A DNA stretch of 64,000 nt from Protoeuglena noctilucae (lineage: Eukaryota). The notes under the pieces were generated by a model that made no database searches, was not told the DNA's origin, and saw nothing but the letters and a program-made list of their open reading frames with translations. The stretch covers positions 1,550,001-1,614,000 of the forward strand of contig OY253670.1 of NCBI GenBank assembly GCA_958009085.1. The letters run 5' to 3'. Below, piece by piece: positions 13,450 to 26,239 of the stretch. Made by a program: the position numbers and the translations under genes. How positions within the stretch are numbered: the stretch's first letter is position 1; each line of letters starts with the position of its first letter.

Positions 13450-15924
13450 TCACAGCAGCTCCATGACCCGCAGTCCCCCGCTGCGGGAGTGCAGGTGGAA
13501 GGGCGACCCCGCCGGCTGGGGCAGCGCGGCCCCGCCCATCCCACCCTGGCCCTCTGGGTTGCCCTCCTGGTTGCCCTCCACACGCCCATCCACCAGGCCC
13601 GCGTCTCCGTCCCCCGTCCGCTCCCTGCAGAGACCGACAGCAATGGGCACATGCTCTCGTTGTGTAAGCGGCTTGCCTGGGATGTCGCAGCACGATGCAA
13701 GGTGCACCCCACTCACCCCTCGCCGGCACCCGGTCCGCCCAGGGCCGCCCCCGCCCCCGTGCCGTCGCGCGACTGCTTCCACGCACGCAGGCGGGGCGTG
13801 ATGTCCCGGGCCACAGACTCAAAGGCCTCGCCCGCGCGCAGCCGAGCCAGCGCCTCCTCCCCGAACGGACGCGTCTCCTGCGACGAGAGGCAGGCCGAGT
13901 GGATGACTTCGAAAGCCTATCTGCACTTGCACGTGACACCGCCGCACCCTGTACCATCCCTCCCGGCCTTCGACGCGTGACACCGCTGCGCTGCATCTTT
14001 CTTTGCTGATAGGTCCTTAAACGCTGCCGCACCCATTTCCACATACCCCTCAAGACCAACCCTCACCTCCAGGTACTTGGCGAGTGCCTCCATGCGCTTG
14101 CGGTGGCGCTCCACCTCCGCAGGCGACTCGGCGGGAGGGTCCACCCCCGGCACCTGCCCCGAGGCGAGGAGGTACCAGGCGGCGGGCTGGTCGACGCTGC
14201 CCTCGTAGCGCGGGATGTGGTACTCCCCCGTGTGCTTGAGGCCGTAGGTGGTGTCGAGCCATATGTCGAATCCCATCTCGCGTGCACGGTCGGCAAAGAC
14301 CCAGTCCTCCCCCACGTGGTCCTTGAGGGCCGCGGTGGGGGTCTGGAAGGCCACGCGCTGCTGGAACAGGGCATACACCTCCCTGGGGGGAGATGACAGG
14401 GGAAGTGTGGGAGGGGGAAGACGTGTGTGATGTGTGCAACTTATAGAGCGTAGGCAAGCAACACGGGTGGGCGAGTGGCGCGGGTGGGCACACGCACACG
14501 CTGCAGGGCGGGCAGGTGCTCGGGTATGCATCTACTCTACTTCTACCTCCCCATGCCGCCTGGCTTGTGTAACACCTCTGCCCATGACGGCGCCTCACCC
14601 GTACGTGGGGTGCTGGATGGTGAGCTCGGGGTACTGCCGCACCATGGCCAGCAGCAGGCGGCGCGACAGCACCAGGAACCCGGTGCCCGCGCGGGCGATC
14701 TGCAGCCACCCGTCCGCGCGCTTCAGGGCCTTGTCTGCCACATAGAATCCGTCGGGGAGGTTGCGGCGACGCGTCTCCTCCAAGTCTGCAAGAGAGGCAG
14801 GAGCATCCGGGTGGAGAGAATCACAGTCGCCGAGTCCCCCATTATAAGCAGGATGGCAAGTGCCGGGTGGAGAGGCAGGCACAGTGGCCACGTGTGGGCG
14901 GGTGCGTGTTCCCTGCACCACGCAGGCGCTGTGATGTGGGCACGTTGCCTTTCGCCCCCTCCCCCCCCCCCCCCCCCCCCCCCCCTTCCTTCCCGCCCTC
15001 ACCCGGCAGGAAGTCGAAGTTGGTGATGGATGCGACGCCGCGGTCGAGGTCCTCCGCCGTGAACCCCCTCCCCACCATGCGCGTGACCTTCTCCCAGTCA
15101 ATCATGCGCTTGGGACACGCGGCCGTGGCGGCGTCGAACCCCGCCGTCAGGAACTTGCGCACCAGCCACGCGGGGAAGGTGATGTCGTTGTCCACGAAGA
15201 CCATGTAGTCCGCTTGCGTCTGCGGGGGCAGGGATAGCGACTGGCCGTGTGGCTGGGGTACTCATGCATAGCCACTATACAGGCACCCAGTCAGTCAGTC
15301 ACTGAGCATCACTGCAGTGTTCCATCACAGCCCCCGCAAGTGTCCTCCCTGCTCGCCTCCTTCAGGAACCGCGTGACCAGGATCCCCCGCGCCAGGGCCA
15401 CGTCCGGGACGTCGTCGACCGTCATGACCGAGACGTGGATGTCGCTCTTGGGGCGGTTGAACTCGTCGTAGCACGCGAGGATCGAACGCACGACCTCCGT
15501 GTCCAGCACGCCCTGGGGCCAGGGGGCAGAGGCGCTGGGTCGGCACAGGCACAGGCAAAGGCATGTGCATAGACACAGGCATCAAGCAGCTCTGCAGGCC
15601 CCCTCCCCTGCAACCGCGCCGCACCTTGTAGGCCGGGATGGCGAACACTGCGGTGATGGCTGCCCTCGGGCGGAGGAGCAGGAACCACGCCAGCAGCAGA
15701 GCCAGCATGACGAGCGCTCCCGCCACCCCCGCGACTGCCGGCATCGGCAGGCCCGTGCGGGTCGTCACCCACGCCCACGCGTTGCCGTGGGCCGGCTCGC
15801 TTTTGCGCGATGCAGAGGACTGCCCCACGGCCCCGCTTGGCCCCTGGCCCTTTGCTTTCCGCTCCGCCTTGCTGTCAGACCCCGCACTCGTCGCATCGGC
15901 CCGCTTATCGTCGCCCTTGGGCAT
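13450..15924 (-). CDS. Type II membrane glycosyltransferase-like protein (GT-A fold), multi-exon; 3' end approximate
   Basis: N-terminal TM segment (GVAGALVMLALLLAWFLLL), then VFAIPAY, DxD motif YMVFVDNDITF, AGTGFLVLSR and HVGEDWVFADRAREMGFDIWLD..LKHTG. Confidence 0.7.
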
Positions 15925-17103
15925 CTGAGGCGGCAGAAAGGAACAAGATCTGACTTGTTCAAGCTGTCATCGCCCGGTCACGGCACTGGGGCGAGTGCCA
16001 GGTGCAAGTGTCCGTTGCCGCATCTCTCACCTCCTCCTCGGTCGCGTTCTTCGCCGATTGCCGCTGCTGGCGCGTCTGCAATGGCCCTGTTGATTCCGTT
16101 GCGTCCTCCATTGTCCTCTGCAGACGCGGAGGAAGCGCGGGTGTGGGACAGCATCAAACTGCGTGTCGATGGCCCCGCGCCGCTCCAAGTCGCTCCCGGT
16201 TTCGAGCATGCGCGGCATCATATTTGCTAGGTATTATAGCGCAATTGACCGCCGTCATCAGGCGCGCCGGGGCCCCGGATCGCGAGGGAAATGGCTCGAC
16301 CTGTCCCCCGATGAATTCCGACCCAGGCGCGAGCTGCGCCAATCGTGCACCGCCACGCCAATCGGAGATAGTGGCCTAGCACGCTCTGAGCGCGTGCACT
16401 TCACCTCTCCGCCTCGATCTCCGGGCTTTGCGCCTCACGTCCAACAATGCCACTTCTTCAAAACCACGGCCCCCCTAACGCAGAAGCGGAGAGGCCCCTT
16501 CTGACGGACCTTTTTTTTGCCACCTTCGAATGATGCATTGCAGCACGCGGACCGGCTTGCGCCAAGCTCTATTGCACCGCACTCTGTAGGTGGGGAAAAG
16601 TGCCCGTGCCGGAGAAAAAGTTTCACGCGCATTGCGCGAGGGACGCGTGCGAAGGCGAACGGGCGCCAGTTCGGCGATCGAGTTCTTAGCGGTATTGACG
16701 AAAGACGTCTCGCGACGGCGACCGACGCGGCGGCGCCGAACGGGTCCTGCAGGGCGGCGCGGCGACCGCGCGTGCTGCGGACGGCAGCTTTGAAAGGAGA
16801 AAACGCCAGGGGCGGCGGCGCGGCAGACGCAGCGCGGAGCTGACTGCAGGGGGCAGGGATCGCGCGCGCTGCGCGGACGACGGCAACGACCTTCGTCGCG
16901 GCGGCGACGTGTCCGTTATGACGGGCGCGATCGCACCGCGCGGGACGCGAGGTCCCGGACGTCCCGGCGACCGAGCGCCGGGCGCGCGCGGCGGTGTCAT
17001 GCCGCAGCGTTCAACGGGGGCGGTCCCGGCGGCTCCCGGCGCCGTGCGACGCGCGACCGGCTATGCGTGGGCGGGCCGCGACGAGGACATGGTCGGCGGC
17101 GCG

Positions 17104-17460
17104 TCACGGCGCCGCGCGGAGCGACGCCAGCGACGCGTGGGCCGGGCGCATATGGCGCATCGCGTGGAGGACCTGGACGATCTTGAGGTCGACCCCGCAC
17201 GCCCGGAAGATCTTCTTGAACTCCTCCCTGCTGTGCCTGACGAAGTGCAGCTGCGCGGCCGACTGGACGCGCGACATGGCCACGTACGTGTGGCCGCTGG
17301 CGAAGCACCCCGCGAGGTCGACGAGGACGTCGGTGGCGTACGTGCTGCCCTGGGCCTTGTGCACCGTCATGGCGAAGGCGGCTCGCAGAGGGAACGCCTC
17401 CACCTTGGCGTGGCTCGTCGTGCACGCGGAAGTGGAAGTCGCGACGCGTGATGGGGGTCA
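17104..17460 (-). pseudogene. PIF1/Helitron-type SF1 helicase C-terminal fragment
   Basis: FPLRAAFAMTVHKAQGST (motif V) and FASGHTYVAMSRV (motif VI) are present. No Walker A or B is seen upstream, and there is an apparent frameshift near 17410. Confidence 0.7.
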
Positions 17461-18381
17461 TATGATGGTCACACGAATCCCATCCTGGTGAACGCCGGTC
17501 GCCCCACTTGGGACACACTTGCCATCCGCAGTACCCACAGTCCACCTGGAAAACTAGTCAGGCAGGGTTGACACCCCCAACTCTGGCCCGTACACGCCAT
17601 GGCTGTCAGGCTGACGGCACGAATCGCATACTTTTACAGCTGGTTGTCATAGGCGACGTTCGTGCGCTTGTCCATCACGTGTGTCTCCGTGCCCGGCAGC
17701 CGAAACGACACCGACACCAGGGGGATGCACAAGTATTGGCCCGCCTTCCCGACCGACGCATGCCTCCTCAAGGGCATCTTTGTGCCCGACGAGAACATCA
17801 ACCCTTTCAACACCCTCACCAACGACGGACGCGAGCAAAGGTGCGCGCAGCTTCCCATTGCAAACCCGCAGTGCACAGCCGCTCACACTACGACAGACGC
17901 TACCCCCTATTCCCCCAAACCCCAGGCATCACCTCCCTCATCGAGGTCGACAAGAGGTACCGCATCAACACCTCCGCTTTCCAGTCCTCGCCGAGCCCCA
18001 ACCAGAAGAGCCTCCTCTCGCGCCCACGGCGAGACCAAGGCCGACGTGGACCGCATCCTCACCGACTCACCGAGATGACCCACGACGCCGCCAGGCCCAA
18101 GGCAATCCACGACCTACTCCTGACCCGCGATGACGCTGACGATGACTTACGCGTATGCCACTGCATGGCTCGCCCTGCTGCTCACCTCCCATACACGCAA
18201 TTGACCCTCAAAACCCACATCCTCCTTCATACCCCCTCCTGCGCGACTAAGCCGGGGGCCTGGGCCCCCCGGTCCTGATCGATAGACAATGGAACTGGGC
18301 ACCCTGGCAGGGTAACACCGGGAAGGCAGGGCACAGGGGATCTGTGCACGGACATGAGCAAATCGAAGCAGATAGGCCTCT

Positions 18382-20880
18382 TTAGTTCGAGAGCAATGCC
18401 TGGATTTCCTCCAGCGACCTCCCCTTGGTCTCGGGCACTGCAGGGCTGCGCACGAAGAGGGCGCCAACGACACACACAGCGGCAAAGAAGACGTACACCG
18501 TGGGCAGGCCGAACCTGCGAGGGGACGGAAAAACGGCAGATCGCACAATTCGACGGTTATTGGCCCGCAGGCTGACCACGGGACGTGCACAGCCGCCCTC
18601 ACTGTTCCACGCAGCTGAGGAAGAACTGCCCGATGCAGAAGTTGGCGACCCAGTGCGTTAGCAGGCACGCGGACATGCCGGCCCCGCGAACCTGCGCCAA
18701 GATGGAGAGACGTCGCGTTGTCCGGCGCACGCGACTGCCAACATCGTCGGCCCTTGTGTCCCCACAGTACTCAAGCCTGCGACCCCGAGAGACTCGCCTG
18801 GACCGGGAAGACCTCAGAGCTGAGCAGGGCGGGGATGGGCCCGCATCCCAGCGCGAAGGCGAGGATGTAGCCGAGGGTGCCAACCAGGGAGAGGGTCCCC
18901 GCCATGGACTGGAGCGCAGGCACCGACATGGAAGCTGTGAGCGATGAGGAGAAAGAAGGCATGCGCACAGCATGAGCGAGGGCGTGTGTGCCTGCTTGCC
19001 GCGAGCATCGCAGCGCCCCCCTGGTCACCCGCAAGTAGCAGCATGAAGGTGCCCATGCCGGCCATAGACCCGGACAGCAGCTGCTTGCGCCCCGCTCGGT
19101 CCACGAGGCTCCCCGCCACGACGGTGCCGAGGATGTTGACGAGGCCCACGGCCGCGGAGGCCACCGTCGCGTTGGCCACGCCTGCCTGGGTGAAGACGGC
19201 CGAGGAGTAGTAGACGATGGCGTTGATGCCCGCGAACTGCTGCAGGAGGAAGAGCGTCACACCCAGCTGCAAGGGGCGACTGCGAGTGGGGGAGGGGAGT
19301 AGCTGCTGAGACGGGGCACGACGCTGCTGGCCAGATGTGGCGCCTTTCGCCACTCGTGCACCCACCGGTGCTTGGTCAGCAGACTCGCCACCGCGCCCTG
19401 CTTTGCCCCACCCTCTGCGCCCTCGTCTGACCCGGCCAGGTCCGCCAGGGAGCTCCCCAGCTTCGCAGCTGACGCCCGCGCTGCCTCGATCTGGCCGCTC
19501 CTCTGCGCGCGCCACAGGGGGGTGCCAGGCCTCGTTCCCAGCCAACCCTATCAGCGGCGGCCACTATTGCGTACAACAGCTCTGGCTGGCCACGCGTCGT
19601 GCTGTGGGTGCGTCACACACACCGCTGCTTGCCTTGAGGTGGGCGGGCGTCTCGGGAGCGTACGCAGCCATGCCGGCCAGCAGCAGCAGGGCAGGGGCCA
19701 GCGACACCAGGAACATGTCGCGCCACTGCGCTGCTGGGAGCACCACGTTGGCCACGAGGGCCGCGAGGATGCCGATGCAGATGGACAGCTGGTTGACGCT
19801 GCCCAGGGACCCGCGCAGGGCCGGGGGGCCAATCTCGGAGATGTAAAGGGGGACGACCGCCGACGAGATGCCGATGCCCACGCCTGGGGGAGAAACGGGT
19901 CGAAAAGGTGCGAAAGATGAGCGGCAACGGCCCCATACTGCCAAAGTGGAAATCGCCTGGGGTTGCGTTGCGGCCCCCAGGGGCTCACCCGCAAGGGCCC
20001 TACCCAGGACCATCCCCTGGAACGAGGCTGCATTGGCACACAGCAGAGCGCCGGCGGCGAGGGGCAGGCAGTTGGCGATGAGAGCGCCACGCCGCCCAAA
20101 CGCGTCGGCGATGGTGCCCCCCCCCACGCTGCCGAGCGTCGCCCCGATCAGCACACTGCGGGGGGGCTGGCACGGTCAGCTTTTTTCAAGCAGCCTTGCG
20201 CTAACGGTGCTTCCGATGCGGGGATCTCGTGCCAGCCGCACCTCGACACCACCAGGCCCGCCTTGCCCACGTCCCCCGCAAAGCCCAGGCTGGTGGCGAT
20301 GGCGTTCAGGGGCCCGTTGACGACGCCGAGGTGGTAGCCGAAGCAGAAACCACCCATGGCGGCGATGGCGACGCACGTCAGCACCCGGCCCAGCGCCCCC
20401 CCCCGCTGCAGGCAACAACCGCAACAACCATGAGGCGTGGGGCGGCCGTGCCACGCGGTGGAGGCAAATCACGAGCCCCAGGCGCCGCCGCCGCATTGTC
20501 GGTATTCGAACCAAGTCATGACATGACGCCAGCAGTGACAGGGGTCGCATCGGGACTCCATCTGGGTCGCGATGCAAAATCACTCAGTCCCCCGTCCCCA
20601 GCCGCAGTTTGTTCATCGCGTCGCGTGGCTCACGTTTCTCTGCTGTAAGACCGCTCTCAGCGGCCGAAGCCGCAATCACGAGGCGCTCGCGCTCCGCGGA
20701 GGAATTGCGCGTCCGTCCCAACGCGCGCTCCTCCGGGCTCCCATACCGCTTCCTCGGCATCCGCAGCGCACCCCCCGGATGCCTTGCTGCCCCCGAGATC
20801 GTTATCACCTCTCGAGGGCGCTTGCCGGGCGCGGGCTGCGACCGGATGCAGGGTCGTGCGGTCAGGGGGCTAATGGCCAT
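18382..20880 (-). CDS. Plastidic glucose transporter (MFS sugar porter, pGlcT-like), multi-exon
   Basis: GFCFGYHLGVVNGPL, IADAFGRR, VPLYISEIGP..RGSLGSVNQL, QQFAGINAIVYYSS, FALGCGPIPALLSSEVFP, HWVANF and VPETKGRSLEEI. The N-terminus resembles a transit peptide. Confidence 0.9.
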
Positions 20881-21276
20881 CCTGTGCAACGCCTGGGTGT
20901 CCCGGTCCACCGATCTCGTAACATGAATGACCTGGCAGCATCTCCTGGCCGACGCGGAGCTCCCCGGACGCCAAATCCTCCCCGCTGTCTGACCCGTCTG
21001 ACAGGCGTCGGGGGGTTCCGTCCTTCTCGTCCCCGACGTCGGCCGACCGCGCCGTAATAAAAGCTACACATCCGCTCCTCCGATACGAGCATCGTGCCTC
21101 CTCGCTGGCGCCGCCACGCTTAAAAGCTGTTTTCCGGGGGCGTCGGGTGGCACTAAGCCTTCTACGGTTAGAAATCGCCATCTCGTGATGGCGGGGACCT
21201 CTTCCAGTTCACGAGGTCTCGAGCCCGGGCAACCGCGCGCACCCCATCCACTTGGCCCACGTTGTTCCAGGCAATA

Positions 21277-22449
21277 ATGCCGCTTTTCGCGGGCCCCAAG
21301 GGCGTGCGCAGCAACGGCGTGCGCAACTGTCGCCAGGGCTCCTCCCTGAGGCAGGCGGACGGAGCCCACGGGGCGCGGCGGCGCAGCTCCACGTTCTCGG
21401 CGCCCCACCACCTCTTCGGGGCCCTGGCGATCGACACGGACCGTAAGGGCGGCTCCACCTCGGTGCGTTTCCGTTCCGATGACGCGGAGGCGCGTCAAGT
21501 GGGCGAGAAGGACGCTCTCGACGCTCGGCAGGCCCTCTTCGGCGGCCTCACCCTCTCCCTGGGCACTCTCTCGCTGGGCAGCGATCTGCCCCTCTACGGC
21601 GCCGCGGAGGTGAGGAAGGGAGGTGTCGACGCCGGGTGCGCGCATGGGCGGCTGGTTTTTCCGCATGGCCCGCGCGCGCCACCGATGTGCCCCGTTGTCC
21701 GGAGGGGGGGGAGTCCGGGCGCAGCGGCGCGGCACATGCTTTCGCAACTGCCGGGCCTCTTAATCGCGTTGATTCATGCCCCCCGGCACCATGCGGGCCG
21801 GTATTTTGCCGCTTTGGAGCGGCGGGAGGGGGCGCAAGGTGGCGCAGCTGTTTGTGTCCGCGGCCTGGCCGGTCAAAGGCCGTGTCTGTCGTCGCTAAAT
21901 CTCACATCACTCTCCGCGCAGAATTATGACGGCGACGTGGACGTGGACCCGTTCGAACGCGGACAGCGCCCCAGCCATCACGACCGAAATGTGCACGTGA
22001 GTCCGCGGTGCCGCCTGGCCTCCTCGCCCCCACTCGGGGTTTTTTTGTTGCTTTCGCGTCTTCTCAGTAGCTGCAGATGCCGGCATCGCGAGTCACGGAC
22101 ATGCTCCCCCCAACCCACGCCGCAGACCCAGACCCTGAGCAGCGCCGCGCTTGCCGCGATGGCGCGCGCCGGGCCCGGCACCTCCCCGCCGTGTCATACC
22201 TATCGTCCATCCATGGACGCGCTGATCCGCCTGCGCCGGCGCTCCGCCGACAGCGTGGACCGCCACGTGGTCCCCGACCCCGACGCCCCCGGGGACGGGG
22301 GCCGCAAGGGCAGCTCGTGCGCGCTGGGCACTCTGGGCTTCGGCGGCGGCGAGGGCGACGCGGAGAAGAGCGACGACGAGGTGGACGAGGACCAGCAGGA
22401 CGACGAGCCCGCCGAGAGCGAGGACGAGTCGTGCGAGTCAGACGCATGA
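21277..22449 (+). CDS. Hypothetical protein with acidic C-terminus, about 3 exons
   Basis: Coding-like segments are separated by plausible GT-AG introns (~21610-21921 and ~21997-22125). Ends in an acidic tail DDEVDEDQQDDE. No family recognised. Confidence 0.5.
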   Translation: MPLFAGPKGVRSNGVRNCRQGSSLRQADGAHGARRRSSTFSAPHHLFGALAIDTDRKGGSTSVRFRSDDAEARQVGEKDALDARQALFGGLTLSLGTLSLGSDLPLYGAAEVRKGGVDAGCAHGRLVFPHGPRAPPMCPVVRRGGSPGAAARHMLSQLPGLLIALIHAPRHHAGRYFAALERREGAQGGAAVCVRGLAGQRPCLSSLNLTSLSAQNYDGDVDVDPFERGQRPSHHDRNVHVSPRCRLASSPPLGVFLLLSRLLSSCRCRHRESRTCSPQPTPQTQTLSSAALAAMARAGPGTSPPCHTYRPSMDALIRLRRRSADSVDRHVVPDPDAPGDGGRKGSSCALGTLGFGGGEGDAEKSDDEVDEDQQDDEPAESEDESCESDA

Positions 22450-22941
22450 GTTGAGGGCGTGATGTGGGGGGAGACTGGCTGTGGGATCAACGAGGGTTAC
22501 GCGAGTCTTAGCATCCATTGCCGGTGCCTGGAGTTGGGTTGTCGCGAGCCGTCGAGCGCGCCCATATCTGCGACTCGCTTTGTCCCTGCCTTGGCTGAGC
22601 AGGGCGTGCAGTCCCGTGATCCTGCCTTGCCCTAGCGACTGCCGCCCCGCGCCTGGTCAACCGTGGTATCTTCTGTTCGAGCCAGGCAGGCACAGCCCTT
22701 CGTCATGACAGCCGAGGCGCCACCAGCGCGTGATGCAGGGATGGGCACGCCCGCAAACGACCAAACAGCTGCCCACCCCAGCTAGTCCTAGCTAGTCCAC
22801 CCTATCTCGCCGGTGCCCCGCACCGCTGGCCGTCCTAGCTGCCACTGATGCCGTGCGGGGGTGATGGTCTCCCGGAACGCGGAAAGGGACGCGCGCAGTC
22901 GAGTACTCATCCAAAGCATCTCCCCCTGCTTGCTGCATGCG

Positions 22942-25900
22942 TCAGAAGTTGGTGAAGTCCCCCTCGGACTCGTACGCCTTGTCGGGGGAGTTCATGCGCA
23001 GGCGTGGGTCGCGGGGGTTGATGCGGTCGAAGTTGCGCGTGTCCTCGGGGTTGGAGATGCGGGGGACGTAGGGGGCCTTCATGCGCTGCTCGCTCTGGGG
23101 GGGTGGAGCGGAGGGTGCGGGGGTGAGCAAGGGTGGGCGAGGACGCGGGCGCTGTCCGTGTGCTTGCCCAGCATCCCTCTGCTCCGATGCCACACCCCAA
23201 CCCCCCTCACCAGTGCCCCTCTCTACCCCTCTCATCACACCCCTACCCCTACCCCACCCCTCACCAACGCCTCCCAGTGGAATCCCTCTCATCACACACC
23301 CTACATCTCATCCCTCACCAGTGCTTCCCAGTCGAATCCCTCGAACCAGGCGTGGTCCTTGATCTCCTGGATCCCCCGCTGCCCCATGCCGAGCCGCTTC
23401 ATGGGGTTGATGATCATGAGGGAGCGGATGAGGTCGGCGCACACGGGGGAGACGTGGGGGGGGATGGTCAGCGCGCACTGCACGATGCGCCGGAAGGTGT
23501 CGATCTGGTTGCGGGGGTTGTAGAAGGGCGTGATGCCCACCACCATCTCGTAGATTAACACCCCCAGGGCCCAGATGTCCACGGCGCGCGAGTGGCCCGT
23601 GTGGCTGATCATCTGTGGGGGGTGGGGGGGGGGGCAGGAGGTGAGGTGGGGAGAGGCAGGGCGCGGTGGGGACATGAGGCGCCATGCAGTCACACAGTGT
23701 TCGCTCAGCCATCCCCTCACCTCGGGCGCCATGTAGTCGGGCGTGCCGCACATGGTGTACGTCTTGCCGCGCCACAGCTTCTTGGCGAAACCGAAGTCGG
23801 CCACCTTCAGGTACCCCGTCTCCGTGATGAGCAGGTTCTGCAGATATATATGGAAGGAACACAGATTGGCACTCTTGTTGCTTTCCATCACGCAAACAGG
23901 CGCGCTACCTTGTTGCCCCCGACTGCACCCCATATCATCCCCCACCCCCCTCACCTCCGGCTTGAGGTCCCGGAACACGAGGGATCTCTCCTGGAAGTGC
24001 TCGAGGGCGAGGATGACGCACCCGGCGAAGAACCGCGCGCTGGCCTCGCTCAGGGGGTAGGTGCGCGACTGGAGGAAGGTGAAGAGCTCCCCGCCCATGA
24101 CGTTCTCCATGAGCATGTAGACGTAGTGCTTGTCGCTGAACGTGGCCACCAGGTTCACCGCGAAGGGCGTCGTGCACTCGAGCATCACCTCCTTCTCACG
24201 CTCCACGTGGCTGGGGGGTACGGGGGGGCGGGGGTGGTGAGGGCGATGACACAGTGGCAGGGGTACAGGGGGGCGGGGGTGGTATGGGAAATGACACAGT
24301 GGCAGACACGGGGCGGGAGTGGCTGCGAGGAGGCAGCGAGACGGCAGTAGTGGGGCCGCAGCGGTCGTGAGGGCAGCCGTGGGCGGTCATCATTGGCAGA
24401 CAGGCAACCACCCCCCTTCTCGCCCTCCCTCTCCCCTCACCGAATGAGCCCCACGTGCTTGAGCCGCGCCTTGGACATGGCCTTGAGGGCGAAGTGCTGC
24501 CCCCGGTGCCGCACCAGGTGCACCACCCCAAACGCCCCCAGCCCCAGGATCGTGACCTGCTCCAGGTCCTCCAGACGCAGGGGGCGGAACCCGAATCCCT
24601 TGGGGAAGAAGTACTGCTTGGCGTTGGTCTCCATCAGGCGGCGCACGGGCTCCAGGATGTCCGCGGCCTTGTCGGCCGTCAGCGACAGCACCGACATGTA
24701 GCACAGGGCCTTGACCGTGGCGGCACTGGGGGGAGGGGAGGTAGAGACGAACGTGTCTCACTGTGGCAAGCAGGCACCCGGGGTAAGCAGTCCAGCAAAC
24801 ACACAAACCCCTCCCCTCACCGCCTGGTGTTGTGGAAGAGCGCCATGCAAGCAGAGCAGCCAAGCGAACCCCCCCCTCTCTCACCGTCTGGTGTTGTAGA
24901 AGAGCGCGATCTCCCCGAAGTAGCTCCCCCCCCCCAGCCTGCGTATCTCCCTCCCCATGTCGTCCACCACCTGCACCAGCCCCGACTCCACAATGTACAG
25001 CTTGTCCCCAAACTCGCCCTGCTGCACAATCACCTCCCCCTCGTTGTACAGCTCCTGCTCCAGGTTCTGCGACGGGCATAGACAGGGCAGTGCTCAATGG
25101 GCAGGCTCTCTCAACCCCTCTCGTAGGGCGGCAGCGCAGCGATCGGCACAGACAGCGATCGGCAGAGACAGCGATCGGCAGAGACAGCGATCGGCAGAGA
25201 CAGCGGTCGGCACGGGTAGCCTCCCTCAGGTCACCTGCGCGAGCCGCAGGAGCTGGCTGTGGTTGAGCGCGCGCAGGACGGGCACCCGCAGCAGCGCCTC
25301 CATGCGCCACATGAGGCGAATCTCGTCGAGCTTCCCCAGCGTGCGGTTGAAGTCCTCCCGGTGCAGGCAAAGGAGCTTGCCCCCCGTGACGCCCTGCACG
25401 GACGCGGTGCGCACGTCCTGGCTGAGCAGCGCCAGCTCCCCGAAGCAGCTGCCCTTGAACACCCGCGCGTACTCGGTCCCCTCCTCGTCGTAGATGCGCA
25501 GCTCCCCGTCCTCTACGACGAAGAAGGTGTCGCCCACGTCGCCCTTCTCGAAGATGACCTCGCCCGCCGTGAACACGCGCTCCGTCATCAGCTCCGCCAG
25601 CTCCAGCAGCTGCTGGTCCGAGAGCGCCGCCAGGATGTTGACGCGGCGCAGGGCGTCGAAGCGCCAGATGTTGTGCAGGGGCCCCAGCAGGCGGTCGAAC
25701 GACGCCTTGGTGATGGTGTAGCACACCACGTACCCCTCGCACACCGCGTCGGCCGTCCGCACCATGTCGAACTCCAGAGCACGCTCCCCGAAGCCCTGCC
25801 CGGGGGACACCTTGGACACCAGCTTCCCGTCCACCATGATGCGCACGTGGCCCTCCTTGACCAGGTAGAAGCGGTCCCCCGGGTCCCCCTTCCGGAAGAT

Positions 25901-26129
25901 CACGTCCCCGTCCTCGAACTCCATCGGCTCCATGGCCTCGGAGAGCGTGCGGCGCTGCTGCTCGCTGAGCACCGACAGCGCGGGGATGGACTCCATCAGG
26001 TAAAACATCTCGTCCGTGATGCGCTTGGAATAGGCTGGGGGAGAGGGGGGGGGGGGAAGGTGTGGGTGGGTGTCGAGGCAGGTGGTGGCGCGGGGGTGGG
26101 TAGGTGCGCGTAAATGCCCCTAACCAGCC

Positions 26130-26185
<56 letters not shown>

Positions 26186-26187
26186 GT

Positions 26188-26239
<52 letters not shown>

